From Microthyrium microscopicum (Eukaryota): a stretch of DNA of 64,000 nt. The stretch's first letter is position 1. Every line of letters begins with the position of its first letter. The position numbers and the translations under genes are program-made. Below the pieces are notes generated by a model. It ran no database searches, was not told where the DNA came from, and saw nothing but the letters and a program-made list of their open reading frames with translations. This document shows positions 13,545-26,733 of the stretch, one piece after another. Location of the stretch: positions 571,835-635,834 of the forward strand of contig MU004233.1 in the NCBI GenBank assembly GCA_010405405.1. Direction: 5' to 3'.

Positions 13545-14933
13545 ATTGAAATGTGGGAAAACGAGTAAGTAGACAAAAAGAGACTAAGTTGAGCAGGAAG
13601 ACAATGAGATGGAAATGGATGAAAGGAGATGAAGAGCTTCAGTTGTTGTGTCTGAAGGCTGCAGCTTGGTGACGATGGCGAGAGAACAGAGACAGTGACG
13701 GGAGCTTGGTGCTTGGGGGGTGATGCAGGGTCAGCAGGGCGGGCGGGTGGCTCCTGCTGCTGCACAGGCAACGCCTTCCTTGCCAGAGGCGAAGCACAAG
13801 CGCTGTATCACATTCTGCCTAGTCAGTGGCAATATTTGCCTGTCTTTGGTTAGCACTGTAACGTTAGTAGTCCCATGACAGTTTATCAGTCCCAGCTTTT
13901 CGGGCCGATATATCACAGCATTCGGGAACCCGATCCTTGTCGACGACTCCATCTCTAACTTCATTCCATTGTTTGCTGGGAAAATCACCTTTATACATGA
14001 CAATATTTGTGCTCAGTTGCTACCTACCTACTTATTTGTGCTCTGCTGGTGGGGCATGACCAGATAAGTTGACCCAGCCACATGACTTCGCTGTGTCATT
14101 TCTTGGGTCATTTCAGTCAAGAGGACTCTCTTACATCTCCCCTACACTTTGGCTATCGTCAAGTATACATATATTTAATACTATGCATCGTTCAGGTTTA
14201 CTAGCCATAGCCATAGCGGCTTCTTGTTGTAGTGACGCTTTAGATAGCTTCTGCTACCTGCCTACCTATATACACTCGACTGAGCGACTAAATATTTCGC
14301 GCGCTCTGACAACTATAATGTATCCCGCCGTAACGTCGAAAGAAGAGACGAGTTCTCAACGCCAGGGCCCGGAGGTTTTGCACGCCGGGAATGGAAGCAC
14401 GTAGCGATAAACATGAAGGTATCGTTCTTGTTAGGGGCACATTGGTTCGCTTGTTCGCCATGAGATCTTGATCTAGACTACGTGCACCTGAGAATTCTTG
14501 AGGTGGACTCGAAAAGAACCTTCTATATGTCCCTCACGCACCTAGAATGTAGGCGCCCAAATCGAATTGTAGGTTCTCAGCTTGAGCCAATGAAGCTAAG
14601 CTGTTTTGGAGGACTTGCTCATCGCTTCTCACCCCTACCATCTCTGAGCTTCATTCCAAAACTCATTCAGTAAACCTCATGGAGTTCACCGGCTTCCCTC
14701 GCACTTAGCTAATTTCATCACTCGCCTTTGGCATTTGAAGCTTCCGTCACTCTGCGCTACCGGCCCGCATTCACCATGCTTCTGGCTAACCCCTTCATTT
14801 GTTGCTATATAACTTCTCTACGCCTCTTACAGACCTCCATCGCCTTCCACGCCGCACACAAAATCATACCACGCTTTGCTATCAGCAGTTTGACCACAAG
14901 TACTCGCCCACTCTTCCGCTACCAAGCACGATC

Positions 14934-16886
14934 ATGTTACCAAGCATATCGCAAGCCTTAGCTCCGCCGGCGAGTGCCATGGAAGATACCACTCGCCTCA
15001 TCAATTGGCTCTCCAGAGCTCCTGGCGAGATCTCGGAACGAATACTTCTCGAGGTGTTCCACCCATTGGAGCCATTTGAGAACGACCAATTTGGAGAACA
15101 GCTTGCACAGTTTCAAAAGCAGATACAAGCGGCCGCTTCTTTCATCTCATGCTCTCCGCAGCTTCTTCAAGTCTTATGGGATATTCGCGGAAAACTTGCT
15201 CAAGCTCTTCTCACCTATCCTGCGGCCACACTTCTCCCAATGCAGTATCATAGGCCTGTTGAAAACGTTGCGACTCTTATGACAACTTCGAAGCCTGATC
15301 AGCAGTTCTTCATTCCCGATCTCAGATACTACACTGACCCTTTCTCGCTTTTCCTGCTGGACTCCACCAATCGCTCCACTGATCAGTCCATCGCTCACTT
15401 CAAAGTTGCTGCTGGCAGCTCACAACTGGCGAGTCTCATCACAAAGGTTGTGACAGAAAAGCCGACGATTTCTTCAATCATCATCCAATCCTCCTTAATG
15501 CCCACACCATCGTTCTTCGCCGAAGATCAAACCCTGCGACTTCAACATCGTTTGACCATGGCCATTTTTCGGCTTCATTTCTACGTTGCAATGACCAGAT
15601 GGACTCCAAAACTTTCCGACCAGGAAATTATCTACTGGTTATTTGACAACCCCCCGCAGGAACCTGAACTTCATGGACATGGAACACGAAGTCTCAGTAA
15701 GGAAGAAGTCCAAGAGGTACGGATCATTGTGAAATGGATAAGATATTTACATGGTCGGTTTTCGCATCTCCAACCCGCCAACGGATCTTTTGGAGTCATT
15801 GGACGGATTCTCCAATCAGATCTTGTCAAGTCGCTTTTTGGACCCAGTGTCTCAGTCTCAAGCCCACTCCGACCTCAAGAAGCTTCGCAATGGTCGGAAC
15901 AAGATCATTACCAGCTGCCCTTTTCTCAAAAGCTTCGGCCAGACATGCCACTAATAGATAGATTCGAAGACGATGTTGAAAACGAATTGGAGCTTGGCAA
16001 TAGATGGTCTCGCCTTGAGTACCCGAATGATGGCGACTTTCCTTTCGAGCTCTGCGAAATTGCTACAGATCGCCAGACCAAAGACTACAACCGAAATGTC
16101 GACGTTTGTATTCATCGCTTCTTTCCGGTTATCGATGCCTGCACTGGAAAGTATAAAGGCCAACACAGCGGAATCAAGCCCATCAACATTAATCGCACAG
16201 AACGAGCTGAGAACCTCCTTGAGTGGTGTGACAGAGGGTAAGTTCTTTCTGCGCTACAACACCTTCAATCTTTTCATCACCAAAGTCTCGTCATTAAATT
16301 TCTGCATATCATGTCGTGGCAATCTGAGACCACTTATGTGCTCTATTGTTAAGTCAAAGTATAATATGGCTCTGTCAGAGTCAGATCACCTCTTCTTCCC
16401 AGAGCCCATCCCCCTCCCAGCACAACATACTTCTCCAATCGCTTGCTAACAAATTCCAGTTATCATGATACTTTACATCAGGCGTCCTTCGACTCTCTAC
16501 CTGGTTGGAAGATCATCAAAAGAACCGTTGAAAAGCGCTTCAGCCTGCGCTTGGACCGCTACAAGCACTCCCAGTGTTTTGCCGTTTCTTGGAGCAGTCG
16601 TGGAATTGGTTGCCAATGCTTTAATCGCTGGACTTGGCCTTCCTTTCTCCCAATGAAACGTCCGAAGAGCCTTTCCCCTACAATTCACCAGCTACTCGAC
16701 GCAGAGCAGAAGGCTTTTAACAAACGTCAGCATACTCTGGAGATAGGATGGGGATTAGCGAAGCGCGACAAGAGATATGAGTGTTATCCGCAGGGCTACG
16801 ATACGTATAGGCAACCTTCGGGCATGTTGGTGGACGAGGTTGAGGATGATGATGAAGACCTATGGCAGGCTTTCGTTAGTTCGTAG
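14934..16886 (+). CDS. Array paralogue P1 (F-box-like, uncharacterised)
   Basis: LSRAPGEISERILLEVF, HRLTMAIFRLHFYVA, CIHRFFP, LLDAEQ..RQHTLEIGWG. Intron 16238-16459 joins the two ORFs in frame. Confidence 0.8.
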
Positions 16887-18272
16887 GATTGTCAATCCTT
16901 GTGGACTTTGTAGATACAGACACACTTGCAGTCAATAGATAGAAAGTTTTTCACAATCAAGCAAGTATGATGAAGTTAGTCCTTTTCTGAAGGCCTGTGG
17001 GGGTCATCCAGGTCATCACGCGGGGATAGAGAAGATGGTTTCCTAGCTGATTTCTTCTGGCTTCAAATGCCAGCAAACTTTGGAGCATGCTTGGGGAATG
17101 GTGCGTGACCACTCGGGCAACAAATCTATGCTCCACGCTTCGATCCACATTCCTCGTTCAAGTACATGCTGCGGAGCGAAGACGAAAATAGTGTTGCAAA
17201 CTGGTGGTGTTTTGCCGTTCCTTCGAAAGCATGCTGATTGCGAAGGGCTTGACATTCAAAGGCAGGCTTGTAGTCAGTATCCACCCACACGGGTACCCCG
17301 GATAGATAGTCATTATAAAGTGACAAAACTACATTTCAAGCTTGTCGCGAGACTGCGAGATTGAGCATAAAGCATCGGCTGGGCAAGACGGACGTCGTAC
17401 CCTCATGTTCTTCGTCTAATGTCATGCTGCCACCTATTTTCTACGTGTCCTCTTCACATCATGTATGTAAATATATATACATATATATCTATCCGCTACT
17501 GAGAATAAGGATTTTATTGTTGGAACTTTTATATAACACACTACCTGCTAGCAACGAAAGCGGAGACAACAATTTCAAGGGGTCCTAGGTTCTCTAACTC
17601 TTTAGCGTTGTCTTTTTTTTGATCAACTTGTCCTTTAGAAGGGCAATTCATACTGACGTGACGTTTGTTTGGTAATATAAGATACTGCGGAAATTAAAAG
17701 TGTTCGACGACTCTCTGTCCGTTTTCCTTGCGTTGCTGCTCTGTTTCTCATAAGCTTCAGAAGTCTAGAATACTGGATATCGGTTGGCTCAGTGGCCAAT
17801 AGATACCTACCTCCTGAGGTAGGTAGAGAATGATATCAATTATGTTATTTCTAGTATCTGCCAAACTTCACATGCCTCCTGCTATAAATTGTACGCTAGA
17901 ACATTTTTGATGATGCCGCGTCGTCACTTCCTTCATAATCTTCAGGCTGGGGCCGACCACGAGAACTCACCTGCATCTGTCAAGTTTCTCTCCTCTCCTT
18001 TGTAACCATCTCGCCACTACGACTACGATTCATATTCCTTCACATCCTCAGAGTGGTACAACCGTTTATGAAACTGCGCGATAGACAAGATCTACAAACT
18101 GCTCAACATCTAAATACAACAAACCGCGAGAAAGAATAATCGATAATTTCACTTCGACCCTTTACCGATAGCCGTAGTGCTTTCCAACGAGAAGCCCGAG
18201 TCGCTCTTTCGTATAGACGCTTCAGCTCTTCATCCTTCCTTTAAAGCGCTCTTTACCCCATCAAAGGTCGAC

Positions 18273-20133
18273 ATGCCTTCCCAAACTGCGCCATCTTCGG
18301 TCTCGGATCCCAGTAAACCGCTATGCTCACGGCTTTGCAACACTCCAATAGAGGTTCAAATGAACGTAATTCGACAATGTTTTTACCACTACGAAGCATT
18401 TCCATGGAGTCCGCACAGTTCGTTTCATGCGGAGGGTGTGTTCCGACGACAAATCCACTCCGCTTTTGCTTTCATCACATCCTCTCCTATCCTCATGTCG
18501 GCTCTTTGGGAAGCGCGCCAATATGTGGTCGAAGCATGGCTTACGTACCCACCTGGTACTTTTCTGCCTTCAGAATGCGAAAAGATAACATCTACCGTTG
18601 TACTGCTCCAAAAGATGTCTGATGGTTGTGCTCTGCAAGTGTGGTTGAACCCGACGACCAGGAAGAAACGAGTTTGTCAAATGATAATGGATCGATGTGT
18701 GGAGTACTGGAAACCCTCGGTTAGAAGCCTTCCCATGTTAGAGGTAGGTCCCCCAAGCCCAAACTGTCAAGTACAACAAGCTATCAACGCATCTGGTGGC
18801 TCTCATAGTCCCCGTCGTCGTTCGAGTGCTATGGTTCCCACTATACGCAATGGTCTCCTGACCACATTTTATGATGTCGCCGCAAAAGGAATTTTTGGCA
18901 CCTTGAAGTCTAGCCGCTTTCGTGTCCATCTGGTTATCTCATACTCATCGAATATAGGTTATGATTGAAGCGTTCAGACTGGGCAGACTAGTCTGTCGGC
19001 TCGCGCTCGATCGCCCTGCGGTTTGTGGCATAATTCTCAATTCTCGCATAATGCCTATGCCCTCGAAGTGGGCTGAGGACAAACCGATTGTTCTCGGTCA
19101 TTGCATGACCCGAGCTGTTATACGATTACAGCTACTCGTGGCGCTGATCACTCGACTCCCGTTTCTATCTCCGGATGAGCTTTTTTGCATCTGGGATCTC
19201 CAGGATTGCCACGATTCCCACCCTACGCGACACATTGACATTTTGCAGATCGATGACGTGCACATCATGATTCGATGGTTTCAAGCTTTTCATCAGCTGT
19301 GCCAAGAAGGAAAAATGCTGGACTCTGGCGCAGGCGTGGCTGGAGCGATTCTTTCCACAAAGCTTCTGAAGTCGTTGTTCTCACCCTGCCAGCCGAAACT
19401 TCTCAACGCGGTGCATGGAAGCAATTGGTCCGAGACTCTGCATCACGAACTACCTTTCGCCGGACCCCTCAATCCAATGAGGACTCTGGCAGATTATTTA
19501 CAGTACTACCTGGCTGGCTACCTTGGCGGTAACCTGGACCAACATGCAAACGACCATAATTCAATTTCTCGCAGATTGCGGGATTGGCCATTTAGAATTT
19601 GTACCCTCCACCGGTATTGCATTCATCGATACTTTCCGGTTGTCGACGAAATCACTGGAAACCCGAAACCGCAGCATAGTGGCATCAAGCCTGTCTACAA
19701 CATACGACGTAAACCACTTCGTCCTCGAGCCGCACCAAGTCCTCAACCAACCTTAGATCTGTTCGAGGGATGGCGGAGCATTGAGACGAAAGTCCAAAAG
19801 CTGTCTCCTATTAGCCCACTTTCTGTTCGACCTACATACTGCCGCAAATGTAGATCTTGGTATCGACGTTACTGGGCGACATGTTGCCGTCGCTACACCT
19901 GGAGTCAGCAGCGGCTCTTTATTCCAGCTGGAGCTTCTGCCATTCTGAGAAATATACTGACCAAAGAACATGACACGGCACGTTTGATGCAAATGCCTCT
20001 GGATCTTTGCTGGGGAGTTGATCCTCTCAAACCCTCTCCCTCCGGTCCTTACTTTGCCTCTGCCGAATTCGTCAACGGTGCATACCCTCCTGGACTGGAC
20101 ACTTTCTTTGAGCTCGACACGTCGAGACCTTGA
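18273..20133 (+). CDS. Array paralogue P2
   Basis: LCNTPIEVQMNVIRQCF, HCMTRAVIRLQLLVA, CIHRYFP, QMPLDLCWG. Intron 18744-18957 is in frame. Confidence 0.8.
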
Positions 20134-20930
20134 CGACTAGAACATGCGATGTTTGCCATCGAGGGATATGGCGCTTACGCCGTTTGATCTCTTCCAATTG
20201 TCCAGTGCGGATGTTTTATTCGCTGATTGCCATGAGAAACAATATCGTTTCCTCGTCAATACATCATGCCGTCTTTTCTTCGTGTGTTCAAGGTCGCGAA
20301 TGCCAGCCGCGAAAAGCAACAGGCACTTCTATCGATTCGGAACATACCTTGAAGACGGAATTCTCGTATTTAGCTACCAAAAACCGAAGCATTAGAAATT
20401 CAGACGTACTTCTGGTTGTTCCCGAGCTTAACAAGGGGAGGGTTACTTCAATGCTGACTTATGATGGTTGACAAACTCATTCAATCGACAAACTGTTCCA
20501 ATAATCAGATGATTCTTCTTATTGACATCTGAATCGTGATGATCTCATAAAATGTTTGACCTCCAAGTCTGATTTCGTTTAGCAAACTGATATCACAATC
20601 TGCTTCCTTTGTCATACTTCATATTTTTCAAATTGCTATAATGAGAAAGCAGCTCGCTCTATTTGTGCTTGCCTCATGTAAGGTTCTTTAATACTTAGCT
20701 TTTGGCATCTACAAGACTAGGTGTCTTCGTTCACTTTGAGACATCATAGGTAGTGGTTTCCTTGAGAACTTGAAGCCGAAATCCAGAATACTCACTGCTC
20801 TTGCAGACTTTCCAGATCTCCCTACCATTGAACAGCGTCGAGTGAACAGCGTCGAGGTGATTGACATATTACTTGAAGCTCTTAACTCCTGCTTTCGCTT
20901 GTGACACACTCAGACTTCCTGAGATCCAAT

Positions 20931-22628
20931 ATGAATTCATCACCACGCCCTTTGGATGACATGGCATTCATTGCTTTGTTATCTCGAACTCCAGTTGAGA
21001 TACAAATGCTAGTTCTCCGCGAATGTTTTCCACCATTTGAGCCGTACGAGCATGACCGAGAAGGATTCATGATTGACGATTTCAAATATCAGGTACAAAG
21101 CGCGCTTTCACTAATGAGCTCTTCTCCGCTCCTTTTGTCGGTTCTCTGGAGTGGAAGAAACTATCTTTGCACGTCAATTGCGATGTACCCCAGAGGGTAC
21201 CTCATTTCAGCGGAATATGAACCTTTGGCACATCTGACCTCACTGATCCTGACCGCTTCTCCGACAACTGCGGCCGACTTTACCTCGGAAGATTTTGGAA
21301 GTGGCCAGCCATCATTGTTCGGAAAATTCGTTGCTGCTCATATTGGCGATCACTCTCTGGAAAAGTCCCTTGCTTACGTAGATTCGGTCATTGAGGCTGT
21401 CTCACTTGGAAAATCGATTGCCAAGGTGATTTTAGATTACCCGCATGTTGGGTCAACGTACAGGTGTTTTGGTCAGCCAATTCGTAGTCACTTCACAGAA
21501 GACAAGCCAGTTGTTGTGACGCATCGCATCACCCGAGCGATCTTCCGAATTCAGCTTTATATCGCAATGACACAATGGGGCACCAGGCTCACGGACAAGC
21601 AAATCATTGATTGGACGTTTTTCAGCAATTTTATGCCTCATGCAACTTTATTTCACCGCTATTCTCAAGTTCGGGAGGTTTTAGAGTTGCTGGAATGGCT
21701 GCAATATCTACACATCCGCTTTGCAACGCCAAAGTTCATGGATGGCACAGGTGGTACCCTTCGCACAATTCTTTCAAGCAGGTTGAACGGATCACTCAAC
21801 AGGAGTCCCATCCCGGCTCCAAGGATACAGAACTCTGATGAACAACAGCCAAGATTCTCAACGGTGACTGATCGCCTTCATATTGAGCTTAGCAAATACA
21901 CAAAGAAGATTCGTTCCCTTTTCATTCCACCTCCGCATAGAAACCAGTTAGAATGGCCATTTGAGACTTGCCCAATTTCAAACATTCGCGGGACATCCGG
22001 TCACCTTGTGGGTCCTGGCCACTACTGTATTCATCGATATTTTCCGGTAATCAACAAGCGTTCAGGAAAACCAAAAGGTCCTCATGGAACTACACCTCCC
22101 ATCATAATCAATCGAGGTTCGCGATCGATACAAGAGCCCGAGGATGTCATTATTTCTGCACGAGACTTTGCATATCAACCGACATTTGATGGCTTTCTCG
22201 GATGGCAAGATATCAATACCCACGTGCAGGAAAGATTTGTGCTGAAAACGGCCCAGTATAAGCGTTGGATCAAAGTCCAAGGCCTAGAGTCATGGCCTGA
22301 TCAGCGTTATGGGAAGTTTGCCTGGTTTTACATGAAGCCTTTTAGACCACCTGAGCTGTCCTTGTCCCCTGCCTACCATAAGATACTCGACTTGGAGTTT
22401 GCCACTGGTATAATGCGCCAAAAGGCGCTGGAAGTGGCTTGGGGAGTTGATCACTTGGGAAAGTTCGCATCTGAAGGCTACCACGCTGGCCCTGATAGGT
22501 TTGAAGCGGTAGAGAACAGCGTAGACTCGACCCGCGATCGGTGGGATAGACCGCACTGGACGAGATCGAAGAGTTTATATGGGCTTGGAGAAAGGGACGC
22601 TGCTGGTGAAAGCGAGCCTCCATACTGA
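20931..22628 (+). CDS. Array paralogue P3 (single open frame)
   Basis: LSRTPVEIQMLVLRECF, HRITRAIFRIQLYIA, CIHRYFP, ILDLE..RQKALEVAWG. Confidence 0.85.
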   Translation: MNSSPRPLDDMAFIALLSRTPVEIQMLVLRECFPPFEPYEHDREGFMIDDFKYQVQSALSLMSSSPLLLSVLWSGRNYLCTSIAMYPRGYLISAEYEPLAHLTSLILTASPTTAADFTSEDFGSGQPSLFGKFVAAHIGDHSLEKSLAYVDSVIEAVSLGKSIAKVILDYPHVGSTYRCFGQPIRSHFTEDKPVVVTHRITRAIFRIQLYIAMTQWGTRLTDKQIIDWTFFSNFMPHATLFHRYSQVREVLELLEWLQYLHIRFATPKFMDGTGGTLRTILSSRLNGSLNRSPIPAPRIQNSDEQQPRFSTVTDRLHIELSKYTKKIRSLFIPPPHRNQLEWPFETCPISNIRGTSGHLVGPGHYCIHRYFPVINKRSGKPKGPHGTTPPIIINRGSRSIQEPEDVIISARDFAYQPTFDGFLGWQDINTHVQERFVLKTAQYKRWIKVQGLESWPDQRYGKFAWFYMKPFRPPELSLSPAYHKILDLEFATGIMRQKALEVAWGVDHLGKFASEGYHAGPDRFEAVENSVDSTRDRWDRPHWTRSKSLYGLGERDAAGESEPPY

Positions 22629-23413
22629 TCCAATCTTTAAGAGATCAATTGAAGACATCAGCTTCTACGTTTCATCTAAAAAGAGCCTTGATACCTTTAC
22701 GAGTCTCTACTGTGAGACTCCTGTAGAGCATTTCAAGTTACCATCATGTATATCGGTGATGACCATCTGGGAGGGATTATAGAAAAAACCTCTCAAAGTC
22801 ATATATACACCTCCCGCAATCTCAAATTTCTATATACATCTTCTGTGAGGAAGAAGCCTCTCAGTGTTGCTTCCGTATATGCCATCAGATAACGACCAGA
22901 TTGTTTGATTTTGTAAAGAGCTTCACCTGAAATCACCTCGCATACTTCACCTGAATCTATTTCACTATTCCGCAGAAGGATCTTTCACCTGGCTACTCTA
23001 TCATGTGGACAGGCTTTCGCCTGGTTGGACAATGCTCATGTTCTTTACGCTAATTGCTGAGCTTGACATCCATCACGTATCGCATATTTTGTTTCCGCCT
23101 TTTCCAATCTTCATCCGCCACCACCACGCACTTGCGCCGCTTGACATCACAGCCAGCCCGCCGTCTCCAACTCGCTTTCCATTTAGCCAGCCGCTAATCT
23201 GTGCTCTGCTCTTTTGTCTCGAATCTCTCACTCACGGCAGTATTGTTTCTTTTTGCGATTTGCTGCGAGCTATTTGGGCTTGACGGGAAGTTTTTAATCT
23301 CAGACCAAGCGCGTGCCTTCTATCGCTGCTCTCAGCGATAGTCGAGGGCTCAAAATCTACCAGACATCAGCACCGAGTCGCCTAATCACGTCGGATCGAT
23401 TTGGCACTTCATC

Positions 23414-25615
23414 ATGTATCGATCGCGCGTTGCCCCAATTGTTTCGAAGACTTATGCTCGATCAAATGACCCGCTCTACACCTCAACACGCCCACTTGAG
23501 TGGCTGTTCAAGGAAGCTCCAATTGAGATAGCTCTACGCATTCTAGAAGAATGCTTTCCTGTTTTCGACGAACAAGTTTGCTACCCAGACGGAAAGCTCT
23601 ACGGCATCAAATCAAAAATGCGAACAGCTTTCGCTACGCTCGCAGCCTCTCCACATTTTCTCGAAATAACACAGGTAAGCATTACTCTGAGGATATATCA
23701 TGGGCCAATTTACCATGTCGGCAATTGCCAAGATCACACTCATCGCCGCTACCTAACAGGTATGGTCGTTGTGGCTACCGCAGTACCAATGTGGACCAGG
23801 CGCAACGTAAATTTCAGTTACTGTCCAGCCCAGAGGCAATTGAGTAGCTACGAGGCCTGCTCAACTTACGTTCGGCGATTACCTCCCCCTTAACATATTC
23901 TTCAACGTATTCTTCAGGTTAACAGCCGTCTAACATCAACCAGGGGCCACTTCCCGAGTCGCTGCTCCGCTCATGGACAAGCTACTCCACGGGAGGATTC
24001 TTCCTTGCTGCAGATACTGAGGGTATAGTCGAGACGAGCATGACGTTGCTGACTACTACATCTGATGTGAATTTCAGCATGTTTGAAGATATACCCGTCT
24101 GTCTAGGAATGGATAGCTTTGGATCCTACATCCGCGACTTCTGGTAAGTTCTTCAACACATAGTCCCTTTCTCCATGGGAGAACGACTTGGTACTTCCAA
24201 TATTCTGCGGTCATAGCATGATAGGCCTGTGGCGATCTTACGCAAGCCGAAAACACATTGCTTCATTTCGAAAGATGGCCTTACTCTCCCGGTGCCCTTT
24301 CTCGAAATATCTTACCCATTGCCCAAGTCCCGACCTTGTTGACAATCTTTCGCTAACAATGTAAAGTTATTACCAATCGCGCTCGTCCTCGGAAATTCAA
24401 GTTCATATCAAACTTGTCATCGAGGTTTTGAATCTTGGGCACCTCTTGGTCAAGGTTATTCGGGAGCAGCCTTCTATCTCTACCTTGGTGACGCAGTCCA
24501 CCATCATGCCAGCAGCGACCTATTCCGACGAAGACCAATTTCTTCTGCTGGAGCATCGAATATTGCGTGCTGTCGCTCATTTGCAGCTATACATCGCGAT
24601 GAAGAATTGGTCGTACGGCTTTTCGCGCCGGGAGATCATATACTGGCTTTTTGTTCGCCCACACGGTTGTGAACCACTGGAAGAGTCTGGTATTCACTAC
24701 GCAGACACGAAAATCGTTCTTCATTGGATGCAATATTTACACAAATTGTTTTCCAAGCTCCAAGTCAACGAGAATACTGGCGGCGTCTTTCAAGCCATCT
24801 TCCGAACAGAGGTGATGAAATCGCTTTTCAAGACCACACTAGGCAATGAAGGTCACGATTTGAAGTCATCTGGCAGCCAATGGTCTGAAGAACTCCATTA
24901 TGAACTCCCTTTTGCCAACAGTCTAACGCGATCCTCCATGAGCGTGGCCGATGGATTATGCGATGACATAGCCATTTATCTGGAAGATGCCGCGGGCTAT
25001 TCTTGCTTCACTAAGCCGTACCGAGCAGACCTGGCATATCGAGAGTCTCACGATTTTCTCATTGAAGAATGTGAAGCTTCACGTCGCCGCGACCGGCGAT
25101 CATGTCTGTCTAAGTACCCAGACGAGTACTGTCTCCACGAGATCTGGCCTCTCATTGACAAAACTACTGGAAAATATAAGGGTCAGCACCGTTTGATTTC
25201 TCCAGTGAACCTCCCTGAGGAATGGGAAAGTTATGGTGCGCAACAGTGGAGTAGTAGTACTCAATCCTTATGGACCCTGGGTCATTACCCACGATGGCGA
25301 GCGATTACTCCGACAGTAATCCAGCCATACACCCTCCTTAGAGACCCTCACATCTTTCCCCGGTGTTTCCGATGCTTTGACCGTCGTTGGGAATCTCGAT
25401 ACCACCAGTGCTCATGCATACCAGGCTTATGGCTCATTCTTCAGCCAGAGCGTCCTCACAATCTTTCGCAAGTTCTCCATCAGATGATCGATGCCGAGAT
25501 ACGCTCGTCTCGACTTTGTCAAACAACACTTGAGGTGATCTGGGGAATGGAAAAGCCTCGAGAAGGTTGTACAGGCGCATATGGACCTGGGATTGAGGTT
25601 GGACGGGGCGCTTGA
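23414..25615 (+). CDS. Array paralogue P4 (multi-exon, internal exons uncertain)
   Basis: FKEAPIEIALRILEECF, HRILRAVAHLQLYIA, CLHEIWP, MIDAE..CQTTLEVIWG. Donor sites GTAAGC ~23674 and GTAAGT ~24144. Confidence 0.7.
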
Positions 25616-26276
25616 GGGACTATTCGTTGCCTGGGATCTCCTCTAAGGGATCCGTTCTGACTCTGTGACTGTTTTTTAAGCTCCTGGAAGCCAAAGGTTT
25701 TGACGATACTTTGATATCCTTGAGCCATCATTCTTATTCTGTATCTATAGACTTTGAACAGCAGGGCCTGCACATAGAATTGAATTAATCATATGAACCA
25801 CACTTCCTCTCTTCTGAGCCTGTTGCTTCTACCTGGAATTCACATTAGAAAACCCAGGCGGGCTAGAACTGCGCGTAATTGTCTTTAAAAGCCAGTCTCC
25901 ACCCAGTCACGCCTGTTGTCTGAAGTCGTGGAGTTCAAACCCAAGAGTTCGCTGTAGTTGGCTGTCGCGCGAAAGAGGTACCTGCCTTATGGGTGATCTC
26001 TACCTCACCCGTTGTCTACTGAACAGTTCTGAGTCTAGCTCACCTCGTGCTCTGGTTATTCCTACCTCTATCTTGTCAGTTGTCAAACTTGCAAACTCAT
26101 AAACTCACAAACTCACAAACTTCTGATTGTTTAGACCTTCTTCCTCCCTCACTCTTCGACCTCTTAATCTCGCTGACCCTCAACTTCCTTGGAAGAACCT
26201 CCGCTTTCTTCTTAGTACCAGACGATAATCTTGGGCGAATCTTCGCTACTCTCATGTCACTTTCAAATCTCTTCTC

Positions 26277-26372
26277 GCCATCGCTCACTCGTTACCATCG
26301 CTCACTCGTTACCATCGCTCACTCGTTACCATCGCTCACTCGTTCCCATCGCTCACTCGTTCCCATCGCTCA
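26277..26372. repeat. 18-bp tandem repeat (CCATCGCTCACTCGTT(A/C), ~5 copies)
   Basis: Directly visible, in the degenerate 5' region of P5. Confidence 0.9.
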
Positions 26373-26733
26373 CCTTACCCCTAACACTACCTCCATACTG
26401 CCATATCATTCAAGCAAAATAGATTTGGCACCAAAATACATTGCTGTCTGCGCTCAGCGAATAGCACACAAAATCGTGCTACACCACTGTTATTCTCAAC
26501 AGCCTGCCGAATGTTACAACCTTCCCTTTATCCATACGTCCGGCTGCCACAGCTCTATTCTCGCCGTAATTAAGCCCAAACACCTTACGTCCTCTTTGGG
26601 GACAGAACGAGTGAGCCGTTCTGACGACGATTTTCATTGATGACGATGGCTGCCATAACACTTCTGGAAGAGCGACAACTTTAATTACCATTGTGTTCGA
26701 GGATCTGATGTAAGTTCTCTAAGCTAATGGGAC

